DNA of 64,000 bases, from positions 96,001 through 160,000 of the forward strand of contig CAWGLD010000004.1 of NCBI GenBank assembly GCA_963823335.1, read 5' to 3'. This stretch comes from an uncultured delta proteobacterium (lineage in GTDB: Bacteria > Desulfobacterota > Desulfobacteria > Desulfobacterales > B30-G6). Under the pieces are notes generated by a model. That model ran no database searches and was not told the DNA's origin. It was given only the letters and a program-made list of their open reading frames with translations. Each line of letters starts with the position of its first letter. Within the stretch, counting starts at the first letter, position 1. Shown here in pieces: positions 20,913-30,190 of the stretch. The translations under genes and the position numbers were made by a program.

Positions 20913-21390
20913 ATGAACATCGAACATCGAACGTCCAACATCGAATTTTGAATAAAAAGATAAAGAAACAGGCGTATGATCTGGAAGAAAGGTTGCTCGA
21001 GTATTCGGTGAGAATCGTAAAACTCGTTGAACAACTTCCAAATACCAAGGCAGGCAGTCATATTGCGGGGCAATTGTTAAGATCTGGAACTTCACCATAC
21101 CCAAATCATGGTGAAGCTCAGGCAGCGGAATCCCCGAAAGACTTTATCCATAAATTACGTATTTCATTAAAGGAACTCAGGGAAACCCAGCGATGGTTAA
21201 AATTAATACAGCGAGTACCACTAATTAAAAAGCCTGAACTATTGAAGGATATTATCGAGGAAACTGAAGAATTAATTAAGATTTTCGTCGCGAGCATTAA
21301 AACTGCGGAAAAGAGAAAGAGATAATTCATTATTGTTTGTTTTTCATTCGACATTGGACGTTCGATGTTCGATGTTGGACGTTCATCTTT
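20913..21390 (+). mobile_element. Family A cassette, full-length copy A3: inverted heptamer arms enclosing a four-helix-bundle gene
   Basis: Left arm 20913-20951, gene 20948-21325, right arm 21343-21390; sits between pilB and pilC. Confidence 0.85.
20948..21325 (+). CDS. Four helix bundle protein (TIGR02436 / 23S rRNA IVS protein / bAvd-like family)
   Basis: YDLEERL..IVKLVEQLP..QLLRSGTS..NHGEAQAAESPKDFIHKLRISLKELRETQRWL..ETEELIKIF is the family pattern; 125 aa. Confidence 0.9.
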   Translation: MNKKIKKQAYDLEERLLEYSVRIVKLVEQLPNTKAGSHIAGQLLRSGTSPYPNHGEAQAAESPKDFIHKLRISLKELRETQRWLKLIQRVPLIKKPELLKDIIEETEELIKIFVASIKTAEKRKR

Positions 21391-21423
21391 AAATAACCAA
21401 GAAAACCCAACAAACAGGTTATT

Positions 21424-22647
21424 ATGCCGACATATTCATACCAGGCCATTAACGAATCCGGTTCCACTGTCACCGGTGAGGTCGAAGCCGAATCCACGGA
21501 CATGGCCAACAACATTCTTTCCGCCAGGGGGTACCTGCCATCACGGGTGGTTGAAAAGGGTCAGATAGTACCCAGTGATTTTAGCAAACAGCTCAGAGAA
21601 CGCTTCACATTCATCAAACCGCCTGAACTGATACTCTTTACCAAACAGTTCAAGACACTTATTAAAGCGGGTATACCCATCTTGAAAATTTTTAAGGTCA
21701 TTGAAAATCAGACCGAAAACATTGTCTTAAAAGATATGGTCCTGTCTATTTCGCAGGATGTACAGCAAGGGTCCAGTCTTCATGACGCGTTCCGGAAACA
21801 CCCCAAGGCCTTTTCGCCTCTTTACTGCAGCATGTTGCGCGCTGGGGAAGCCAGCGGGGCATTGCCGGAGATACTGGAACGTCTGATTTATATCCTCGAA
21901 CATGAGCACAAGATAAAGTCCGAGATTCGGGCAGCGCTTTCTTATCCCATCATCGTTATTTCCTTTTTAGGCATCGCTTTTTTTGTTCTCCTGACCTTTG
22001 TCATTCCTAAATTTGTCACGATTTTCGAAAGATCGAGTGTCGCACTCCCGCTGCCGACACAGATCTGCATGCTGATGTACCAGGTTCTTGCCAATTACTG
22101 GCTGATAATGCTCGTTGGTCTCATTGGCGGCATCGTATTTCTGAACTACTATTTAAAAACCGAACAGGGGCTTTTGGCCAAAGACACCTTACTGATGCGT
22201 CTTCCTCTCTTAGGACCACTTTTTGCAAAAGCCGCCATGGCAAGGTTTGCGAGTATTTTCTCTATCCTGCAGGCCAGTGGTGTTCCCGTCCTCGACTGCA
22301 TTCGCATTTTAACGGAAACCATTGGGAATCAGGCTATTTCAAAAGAATTCGCCCTTGTAACAGAACGTCTTGAGGAAGGGCGTGGACTGGCGGAGCCATT
22401 GAAATCCGCTAAGTATTTTCCGCCGATTGTCATCAATATGATCGCCATCGGAGAAGAATCGGACAACCTCGAAGACATGCTCAACGAAATTGCGTTGCAT
22501 TACGATTCTGAACTCGAATATGCCATGAAAAAACTGTCCGAGGCCCTCGGACCTTTATTGACACTCGGGCTGGCAGTTGTGGTCGGTTTTTTTGCCCTCG
22601 CGATCTATCTGCCCATGTGGGATATGACCAAGATGAGCGGATTATAA
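21424..22647 (+). CDS. pilC: Type IV pilus platform protein (PilC/GspF family)
   Basis: MPTYSYQA, FTKQFKTLIKAGIP, AGEASG, ALSYP and IYLPMW. Confidence 0.92.
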   Translation: MPTYSYQAINESGSTVTGEVEAESTDMANNILSARGYLPSRVVEKGQIVPSDFSKQLRERFTFIKPPELILFTKQFKTLIKAGIPILKIFKVIENQTENIVLKDMVLSISQDVQQGSSLHDAFRKHPKAFSPLYCSMLRAGEASGALPEILERLIYILEHEHKIKSEIRAALSYPIIVISFLGIAFFVLLTFVIPKFVTIFERSSVALPLPTQICMLMYQVLANYWLIMLVGLIGGIVFLNYYLKTEQGLLAKDTLLMRLPLLGPLFAKAAMARFASIFSILQASGVPVLDCIRILTETIGNQAISKEFALVTERLEEGRGLAEPLKSAKYFPPIVINMIAIGEESDNLEDMLNEIALHYDSELEYAMKKLSEALGPLLTLGLAVVVGFFALAIYLPMWDMTKMSGL

Positions 22648-22652
22648 AATCT

Positions 22653-22949
22653 CTCCGCGATTTTATTTGGCGCGATGTTGTCGCTTATAAATGCACGATA
22701 TAAATTCCTACTTTTAAAATCCTGAGAAACCAGACATACTATGAATATTTCAGATGGTTTCAGAGATCGAATATAGTTTATACCGCTTGTCATAATACTG
22801 TTCCGAAAATAGGATGGCGGCATAAGGGGTTGTAGCAGAAAAAAGGTCCTCAATCGGAACGTTTTTCTGACAACCCCTATATAACTATATGTAATCATTA
22901 TTATGCAATAAAAACTAGCGACGCAGTCGCGTCAAATAAAATTGCGGAG
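22653..22949. repeat. About 300 bp segment bounded by ~33 bp inverted repeats
   Basis: CTCCGCGATTTTATTTGGCGCGATGTTGTCGCT and AGCGACGCAGTCGCGTCAAATAAAATTGCGGAG; solo copies of the motif occur elsewhere in the window. Confidence 0.65.
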
Positions 22950-22956
22950 CAATTTT

Positions 22957-24273
22957 ATGAAGGATATCCGATTCAACATCAGTCTGTACGTCATTATTCC
23001 CGTTATCATCGCGGGTATCTCCATATTGGCTACCATCGCCTCCTTCAACATCACCACCTACTATTTCAAACGCGGTTTTGACCCCACATGGCCGGTGGCT
23101 TTCTGGGGTAGCATCATGATCATCGTAACAGCTGTTTTTGGTGTTTTAATCGTCAAGTTCATCATCGATCCCATGAAACGATTCGCACGAAACACCGAAA
23201 ATTTAGGCGTACTCGGACGAATGCCCAAAACAGACAAACCGGATGACATGGAACGATTTTCACAACTTTTCGACCAGGTCACCGATATTTTGGGTCAAGT
23301 GGAGGCCCGGGAGCTATTCCCGAATATCGTGGGCCAGAGTAAAGTCATGCGGGGGGTCTTGAAACAGATTCTCCAGGTTGCCAAGACGGATTCCACTGTC
23401 CTCATTCTCGGTGAGACCGGCACCGGAAAAGAGTTGATTGCCCAAAGTATTCATCAGCACAGCAAGCGAAGGGAAAAGGATTTCATTGCCCTCAACTGTG
23501 CCGCCATCCCTGAAAATTTGCTTGAAAGCGAATTGTTCGGCCATGAAAAAGGCGCCTTCACCGGAGCTTCTTCCCGAAAACTCGGCAAATTTGAAATTGC
23601 CCACAACAGCACCCTTTTCATGGACGAAATCGGCGACATGCCCATGGAAACCCAGACAAAGGTATTGCGGGCGATCCAGGAAAATCAATTTGGTCGCGTG
23701 GGGGGTGTCAAAACCATCAAGGTCAACGTTCGTTTTATTACCGCCACGCATCAAGATCTGACATCCCTGGTCAAGCAGGGGAAATTCCGTCAGGACCTCT
23801 ATTACCGGCTGAATGTTTTTGCCATCCATCTGCCCCCTTTGCGTGAAAGACGGGAAGATATTCCGCTGCTTGTCGACAGTTTTCTGGGGAAACAGAATAA
23901 ACAATTTAACGTAACATCGGAAACCATGCAGCTTCTAACCGCCTATGACTGGCCTGGAAATGTACGTGAACTTGAAAATGCCATCGAAGCTGCAACCATC
24001 ATTACTGAAGACGTCATCCAACCCAAACACCTGCCGTCATCTATTACCAACACGTTTGGCAAATCCATAGCAAATAAAATAGACACGCTTCCTAAAATGA
24101 ATCTGGATAATCGTATCCATGAGCTTGAAAAAGGGATGATCATCGATGCATTGACCACGACAGGTGGCATCCAGAAGAAGGCAGCCTTTCTTTTAGGCAT
24201 CAAGGAACGCAGTTTATGGCATCGGATCAAAAAGTATGATATTGATGCGAGCTCTTTCAAACAACAAATGTAG
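22957..24273 (+). CDS. Membrane-anchored sigma54-dependent transcriptional activator (two TM + AAA+ + Fis HTH)
   Basis: Two hydrophobic helices, GETGTGKE, ESELFGHEKGAFTGA, WPGNVRELEN and a C-terminal HTH; no REC domain. GGAG RBS favours ATG 22957. Confidence 0.88.
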   Translation: MKDIRFNISLYVIIPVIIAGISILATIASFNITTYYFKRGFDPTWPVAFWGSIMIIVTAVFGVLIVKFIIDPMKRFARNTENLGVLGRMPKTDKPDDMERFSQLFDQVTDILGQVEARELFPNIVGQSKVMRGVLKQILQVAKTDSTVLILGETGTGKELIAQSIHQHSKRREKDFIALNCAAIPENLLESELFGHEKGAFTGASSRKLGKFEIAHNSTLFMDEIGDMPMETQTKVLRAIQENQFGRVGGVKTIKVNVRFITATHQDLTSLVKQGKFRQDLYYRLNVFAIHLPPLRERREDIPLLVDSFLGKQNKQFNVTSETMQLLTAYDWPGNVRELENAIEAATIITEDVIQPKHLPSSITNTFGKSIANKIDTLPKMNLDNRIHELEKGMIIDALTTTGGIQKKAAFLLGIKERSLWHRIKKYDIDASSFKQQM

Positions 24274-24596
24274 TATTTCAACTACAATATTTGGTGCTTT
24301 ACAATTATATTAACTATTTCAGCATGTTTAGATTCGTTGTTGCAATAATTATTTTAGATATTTTACTAACCTCGAGTTGTTTCACTTGACAGACACGTAA
24401 AAAACTCTAAATTTTTACCATACCTGTAACGCCAGGTATCCAGAACCTATAGTAAACATAGGTTTTTTTCGTTCACAAAGATGATATCTTTAGGGCTTGT
24501 TGACATCTTTTTACAAGGGTATATCAATGATTTATTCATGTTTTGTTCCTTCTTTTTTTGTCGATAGTGATAATCTTTTTACTTAATTCACAAATC

Positions 24597-24612
24597 TGGC
24601 ATTTTATGTGCA
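24597..24612 (+). promoter_or_regulatory. sigma54 (-24/-12) promoter of the major pilin gene
   Basis: TGGCATTTTATGTGCA matches GG-N10-GC; it ends 86 bp before the pilin ATG and lies directly downstream of a sigma54 activator gene. Confidence 0.7.
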
Positions 24613-24698
24613 CTAACTTTCATCAGATATATTGCCACCTAAGCAAATTTAATGTTTGATACGGTTTTGAAATTGGAATTCATCACAAGGAGAATCAA

Positions 24699-25115
24699 AT
24701 GCAGGCAAAAACAGTTAAAATGAGGCAGCAGAAAAAAAAGGAAGAAGGTTTCACGCTTGTGGAGGTCATTGCTGTATTGGTCATACTTGGCATTCTGGCA
24801 GCAGTTGCCATTCCTAAATTTTTTGACATGCAGGACACCGCCAGGCAAAAGGCCATTTTGGGCGCCGTCGGCGAACTGAATGGACAAGTTGCGCTTGCTT
24901 TTGCACAAAATGCATTGAATGGCGGAGTCGCCGGTAATTATTCTGGCTATACAGGTGACATAGGTCCCGAGTTCGTTCTCACCGGCCAGGCTGCAGATGC
25001 ACCGGGCACAGGCACGATCGCTTTTGCCACCCCCCCTGGTGTTCACATTTATACGCTTACGTGGGCAGCCGGTGATACTGAATCGCCGGGGTACTTTTCG
25101 GTAACTTTCCCTTAA
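24699..25115 (+). CDS. Major type IV pilin (PilA/MshA-like)
   Basis: Prepilin motif GFTLVEVIAVLVILGILAAVAIPKF; strong AAGGAG RBS; has its own promoter. Confidence 0.88.
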   Translation: MQAKTVKMRQQKKKEEGFTLVEVIAVLVILGILAAVAIPKFFDMQDTARQKAILGAVGELNGQVALAFAQNALNGGVAGNYSGYTGDIGPEFVLTGQAADAPGTGTIAFATPPGVHIYTLTWAAGDTESPGYFSVTFP

Positions 25116-25149
25116 TGATTTAGTCTGGCCGTGATCTGGACGCACTTAT

Positions 25150-25254
25150 TTAACGGAATGAATCCCCCCGCGGCATGCCGCGGGGTATCGTTCAACTGAT
25201 TCTGCCGATTCCAGCGCAGGAAGCTGCGGGGTATCAGACCCTGAAAGAGATTAA
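25150..25254. repeat. REP-like element with perfect 20 bp palindrome
   Basis: CCCCGCGGCATGCCGCGGGG at 25166-25185, a second unit GCGCAGGAAGCTGCGGGGTATC, and TTAA at both ends. Confidence 0.65.
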
Positions 25255-25370
25255 CTTACTCAAGATTCCACTATCTCGACAAAGATCGAATTCTCATTCC
25301 TGTCGTCTTTGCCAACATGGCAATTTTTGTATCCTGTTCGATGTGTCAATACCTTTAACCTGAAAACATA

Positions 25371-25898
25371 GTGCCCCGTATGTCAATAGTACCTGATTGC
25401 AAAAATGAAAATGGCTTTTCCCTTGTCGAAATCATAGCTGCTCTGGTCATTGTCGTCATCATCAGCACAGTTGTTATCAGCCGGTCCGGTTCTTTTACAA
25501 CCGACCTGGTTTCCCAGACAGAGATCCTAAAAGTCCATCTTCGTCACGCCCAGTCTCTTGGGATGATCGGATCAGATCCAAGTGCTGTTTATGGTATAAA
25601 ATGCGACACCAATTTTTATTGGATGTTCAAAGGCATCGATCCGGACCTTAATATCCTTATGCTCACCGATGATCAGCGATACAACACCAACAATGACGGC
25701 AAACTCGATTTAACCCCAAAAAAAATAGCCATAGGAACCGCTTTCACTGTAATTTTTGACCAGCGGGGGATTCCCTACCGTTCCTATACAAATGAAACCG
25801 ACAACGACCCATATTCTGAAGATCTCTTGATTGACGTAACAAAGGCAGGCGATGTCGAGACCATCACCGTAACACTGCACACGGGGTTTATACCTTGA
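25371..25898 (+). CDS. Minor pilin / pseudopilin
   Basis: GFSLVEIIAALVIV prepilin motif. Confidence 0.82.
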   Translation: MPRMSIVPDCKNENGFSLVEIIAALVIVVIISTVVISRSGSFTTDLVSQTEILKVHLRHAQSLGMIGSDPSAVYGIKCDTNFYWMFKGIDPDLNILMLTDDQRYNTNNDGKLDLTPKKIAIGTAFTVIFDQRGIPYRSYTNETDNDPYSEDLLIDVTKAGDVETITVTLHTGFIP

Positions 25899-26305
25899 TG
25901 AACAGATTCAAAATGCCTTCCATTTTCAAATCCCAGAAAGGATTTACCCTCCTGGAGATCATTGCCACCCTGATCCTGGTTGGTATTTCTGCGGCGGTTA
26001 TGTATCCCGTTATGCGAACAAACCTGATCCGAAGTGCCGAACCCGTAAACCGTTTAAATGATCATCAGCTTCTTATTCAGGAGATGGACAAATGGACCGG
26101 CATTTATCGGGATGAAATTAAAAATAACTCCCTGGACATCGTCAATTTCAAATCAAATGTTGATTCAAATGCCAATTATCTGGACAGTACATCCTATATC
26201 AACAGCTTCAACGGCGGTGCCTATGCCACTCAGGGAACCAATAAGATATTGCGTGTCACTCTGATAAACAACGACCAGACACTGGTAGCCTTGTTTGCAG
26301 AATGA
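25895..26305 (+). CDS. Minor pilin / pseudopilin
   Basis: GFTLLEIIATLILVG prepilin motif. Confidence 0.82.
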   Translation: MMNRFKMPSIFKSQKGFTLLEIIATLILVGISAAVMYPVMRTNLIRSAEPVNRLNDHQLLIQEMDKWTGIYRDEIKNNSLDIVNFKSNVDSNANYLDSTSYINSFNGGAYATQGTNKILRVTLINNDQTLVALFAE

Positions 26306-26365
26306 CATCGCCCAGCGACGTCATCAAACGCGATCTCGTCGCTTTTTTAAACGAAAGTTTTACAC

Positions 26366-26956
26366 ATGAACAATCACACGACAATAAACAATAGAAGCCA
26401 TCTCAACAATGGTTTCAGCTTGGTAGAACTGATAGTAAGCCTGACCCTTGCGGGAATTCTGGCGCTGGCGCTCATGACCATCGTGGTCACCGCTCTCAAT
26501 GGGTTTTCACTTTCAAGAGACGCTGCCGGCGTCACCCAGAAAGCCAATCTGGCTCTCTCCCGTATCCGGATTGAGCTCTTGAATGCCACGGACATCACCA
26601 CTGCCGAAGCAAACAGAATCATTTACGAAACCGCTCAAGGCACCTATGAAATCCTGAAAACAGGTAACATCATCACCCTGGAAAAAACAGACGCCGCATC
26701 ACCTATAGCGGCCAGAACCCTGGTGGACAATATCCTGGCAGACTACGGAACAGACAATTTTCTTGCTTACCAAAAACGGAATGCCTCGACATGGACACCT
26801 TCTGACGACATCTCGGAGCTGTATGCCATCACGTTGATGCTCAGATTTACAAACTACCCCCGTTCCATAGAGACCATGGTCAACCCACGCAACAACCAGG
26901 TAAGGAATGCACCATTGCTCGTTATGGCAACTGTTTTTCAAACAGAGCGTTTATAA
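26366..26956 (+). CDS. Minor pilin / pseudopilin
   Basis: GFSLVELIVSLTLAG prepilin motif. Confidence 0.82.
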   Translation: MNNHTTINNRSHLNNGFSLVELIVSLTLAGILALALMTIVVTALNGFSLSRDAAGVTQKANLALSRIRIELLNATDITTAEANRIIYETAQGTYEILKTGNIITLEKTDAASPIAARTLVDNILADYGTDNFLAYQKRNASTWTPSDDISELYAITLMLRFTNYPRSIETMVNPRNNQVRNAPLLVMATVFQTERL

Positions 26957-27049
26957 CCGCTGTCGGATAGGTGTAGATGCCGTTAGCCTTTTTTTGTTTT
27001 AGTTCTTTAACTGCAAAATTGTGTATTTAATGGCAAAAAAATAAGAACA

Positions 27050-27142
27050 ATCACGAAAACACGCACGAATTATCCGTACAGGATAAATCTGAAAAACACG
27101 AAAGTTTTCATGGTCTTTTTCGTGGTTTCGTGCTTTCGTGAT
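27050..27142. repeat. Inverted CACGAAA / TTTCGTG tandem arms (gene-less cassette)
   Basis: ATCACGAAAACACGCACGAA..AACACGAAAG facing TTTCGTGGTTTCGTGCTTTCGTGAT. Confidence 0.6.
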
Positions 27143-27213
27143 AAAAGATCTTTTTCTTTTCCGGTTTATCCGGGACGGGTTTTAGGTGTTACGTTTTAGC
27201 TAGGTCACAAGGT

Positions 27214-29982
27214 ATGAACCTAATTCAAAATTCAACATTAAACATTAAAAATTGCCCCTCTCCACTGGCCAATGCATCTGGCGCTGTTCTGCTGACAGTG
27301 GTGATTATTATCATTATCGTCGGCATGGCGGGTGTTGCCATGTATTCCTTGACCAGCACATCCACTTTTACCCAGTTGTACGCCCAGAATGCAACCAGAG
27401 CCTATTATCTGGCTGAATCCGGTTTCAGGGTGGTTGCCAGCGAATACAATAATGCCGATGATGACGAGAAATTGGATGTTCTGGGAAATCTGCATGGGAC
27501 AACCCTCAGCCTGCCGGGCAATACCGGGCAATTCGATATGAGGCTTTACCCGTACTGGTTTTATGTCAGCAGCGCCTACACAGCCAACAGCACCAGCATC
27601 AATGTTAAAATACCGGGTGGCACACCTTTGAGAAACCCGGCCGATACCGGCTCCCCCAGGGTATCGCTTCCCAACAGCGGTTACCTGAAACTGCAGAGCA
27701 AAAGCCAGTTGGCTGCCATATCCTCGGTGTCTCCCGGTTCTCCTGCAGATGGCGCTACGATTACCTTCGGTATCAATCCAGGATTCCCCTATGACATTCA
27801 GACCGATGAGGAGCTTTTTCTGGTCTATACGGACAATAACACCACCAGCCAACCAGCGGTTCCCCAAGATGGCAGCATCGATTTCCCAGGCACCAATCCG
27901 GTTGCCCAGTTACTGCCGGCCCAGAACGGTTCCTTCAGGGTATACAACGAAGACAACGATAAAATGGACTATACCTATTTGGAAAAATTTCCACCGGCTG
28001 TCGATCCCGGGAACCCCCCAACCACCATTACACTGAGCGGCATCCAGCACCAGAACGACGGCGACCCATCCGTGTTCCCGTTTACCATCGACAACACCTC
28101 CGAAATATACTTTGGCCGGAACCTGGCTGTCTTTTCCACCTCCACCTTCGGAACCGGTACCATGGCTGCCAGAAAGACCGTGGGCAATTATACCGATGTG
28201 GGGCTGGATGGCGGTTTTTTCAAGGATAAAGACACCATTTCTTTTGAGAAGGAGATTGGCGATTTCACGCCTACCATGAGCGATCCGGGACCGGGATATC
28301 CTGACCCCATTGAAATCGACACCACCAATAAAACCATTAAACTGGGCGGCAATCTCATCGATGAATACGGTTCTGTCTGGTACAAGGGCTATACGGACAT
28401 CGCCGACTGTATTCAGGGCAACTGCCTTTTGGGCCGGGGTTTTCGGGCTTATTTCGAGTTTACATTTGACAACACGGACAATTCCATCGCCAGCACGGAT
28501 TTCGGCGACGGGTTCACCTTTTCTCTTGTCAGCGGTGCCAATTACACCAATGGTGATACCGGTTTAGGTGGCGAGTACATGGGATATGCCGGCCCAGGTC
28601 TTTCCAGCAACGGACTGCAGCCGCCCAAACTGGCAGTCGAGATCGATACCTACCCGAATACAGGTGCCGGCAGTGTGTGCAACGACAGTACTGATAGTCG
28701 GCGCGACGATGAGCCTGTGGCCAACCACACCGCCCTGGTTTACTGGGGTGAAGAAAGCGTCGGTTCTATTGATGCTCAGGGCGGATACATTCGTATCGGA
28801 TCCGCATCACCTTCCGTTGGGGAGCCCGAGGACTGGAGCTCCTCCCAAGGAACCATCAGCTTCTGGTTCAAACGCGATACCATTTTCTACGGTGACGGAA
28901 ATACGAGCGGTGACAGGCTGTGGGGACAGGACGCCAACATGGAAACCCGTTTTTCCGGCACAACAGGCTCAAATTTTTTTCTCGACTGGGGTACTGGTGG
29001 TGAAGGTTCAATCAATGCAATCAACCCGTTTACCGGGGCTGGCACATGGTACTTTATTGCCATCACATGGGATGATGCAACGGATCAATTGAAAGTTTAT
29101 TCCGGCAATCAAACCACCGTCTCACTTCTTGCGGAAAATCTGGCCTGGACAGGAGATATGAACGCCCTTGGAATAATTACTGAAAATCTTTTCCTGAACT
29201 CCAGCGGTGGCAACAGTTCGAAAAATTTTGCTGCCGATGGTAACGGCTCAGACCTGCGTTACTACAATGTCGCCAGGAGTCTGTCCGATATAGAAAGCGA
29301 TTACAAGGTGCGGCGGACCGGCAGTGAAGCCGGCCTGCAGGCCTATTTCCCCTTGCAGGCGGATCTGTTGGATGCCGGCCCCACCGGCATAGCAGACTCC
29401 TCGACCATAGGGAACACGGACTGGTCCACAGACACCATCGCCGCTTTCGATTGTGGAACGGTATTAGCAGTGAAAAGAGCAACGTATGACGACAACCGCC
29501 ATGGCGCCGGCGGCAGCCCCACCACCACCACTCCTCAGAACTCCCTGAACAGCAATAGCGGCAACGGCTATGACGGGTACCACCAGGTCACGGGTTCCAG
29601 TCCCAACTGGCTTGAAGATGGATCGCCGCACAGACTCCGCATGGAACTGATACGACCTCTCATTCTGGCGGCCGACGGCGACATCGACGCGTTCTATGAT
29701 TACCAGGTAAAAATCTGGATCGACTGCGCCACCTGTTCGGCAGCTGAGCTAGCCCAGTTCAAGGACGTACGGGCGGATTTTTCGGCCAGTCTTCCACAGA
29801 TCGAAAAAACCATTAATAGAGGAAACTCCCTGAAAATCGACCCTGCTGATCATCTCGACTTGTTACGTGTCCTGTTCGGATTTACCCAGGGTACCGGCGG
29901 TGCGACACAGAACATTACCCTTCGCAACCTCGAACTTTATTTTCTGAAGGAATACCCGGTGTCCTACCCGGCTGCATGGTAA
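27214..29982 (+). CDS. Large PilX/GspK-like pilus protein with lectin-like and LamG-like domains (putative adhesin)
   Basis: GAVLLTVVIIIIIVG..RAYYLAESG (no E5, PilX-type); GDGFTFSL..LAVEIDTY (L-type lectin-like); GTISFWFK..WYFIAITWD..DLRYYN (LamG-like). Confidence 0.7.
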   Translation: MNLIQNSTLNIKNCPSPLANASGAVLLTVVIIIIIVGMAGVAMYSLTSTSTFTQLYAQNATRAYYLAESGFRVVASEYNNADDDEKLDVLGNLHGTTLSLPGNTGQFDMRLYPYWFYVSSAYTANSTSINVKIPGGTPLRNPADTGSPRVSLPNSGYLKLQSKSQLAAISSVSPGSPADGATITFGINPGFPYDIQTDEELFLVYTDNNTTSQPAVPQDGSIDFPGTNPVAQLLPAQNGSFRVYNEDNDKMDYTYLEKFPPAVDPGNPPTTITLSGIQHQNDGDPSVFPFTIDNTSEIYFGRNLAVFSTSTFGTGTMAARKTVGNYTDVGLDGGFFKDKDTISFEKEIGDFTPTMSDPGPGYPDPIEIDTTNKTIKLGGNLIDEYGSVWYKGYTDIADCIQGNCLLGRGFRAYFEFTFDNTDNSIASTDFGDGFTFSLVSGANYTNGDTGLGGEYMGYAGPGLSSNGLQPPKLAVEIDTYPNTGAGSVCNDSTDSRRDDEPVANHTALVYWGEESVGSIDAQGGYIRIGSASPSVGEPEDWSSSQGTISFWFKRDTIFYGDGNTSGDRLWGQDANMETRFSGTTGSNFFLDWGTGGEGSINAINPFTGAGTWYFIAITWDDATDQLKVYSGNQTTVSLLAENLAWTGDMNALGIITENLFLNSSGGNSSKNFAADGNGSDLRYYNVARSLSDIESDYKVRRTGSEAGLQAYFPLQADLLDAGPTGIADSSTIGNTDWSTDTIAAFDCGTVLAVKRATYDDNRHGAGGSPTTTTPQNSLNSNSGNGYDGYHQVTGSSPNWLEDGSPHRLRMELIRPLILAADGDIDAFYDYQVKIWIDCATCSAAELAQFKDVRADFSASLPQIEKTINRGNSLKIDPADHLDLLRVLFGFTQGTGGATQNITLRNLELYFLKEYPVSYPAAW

Positions 29983-30190
29983 TCGAATCGCAAGGCGATT
30001 CGATCTGTCGCGGCTTCGCCGCTCTTACTGGGTGTAGTCCCATTTTATTGTTGGCATCTATTATTGCCGCATTCATGACCAGGCCGGCTCCTCATTTTTT
30101 CCTTTCTTGATTTTTCCACAGAATCAGCTTAAAAGACCGGCAGTGATTTGATCGCGTGACGAATGCAGGTTGTCCTGGTTTATTAAAGAG

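Noticed and set aside
20948-21325. Diversity-generating retroelement or 23S rRNA intervening sequence
   Set aside because: No reverse transcriptase, no TR/VR pair and no rRNA gene in the window; only the protein family is shared.
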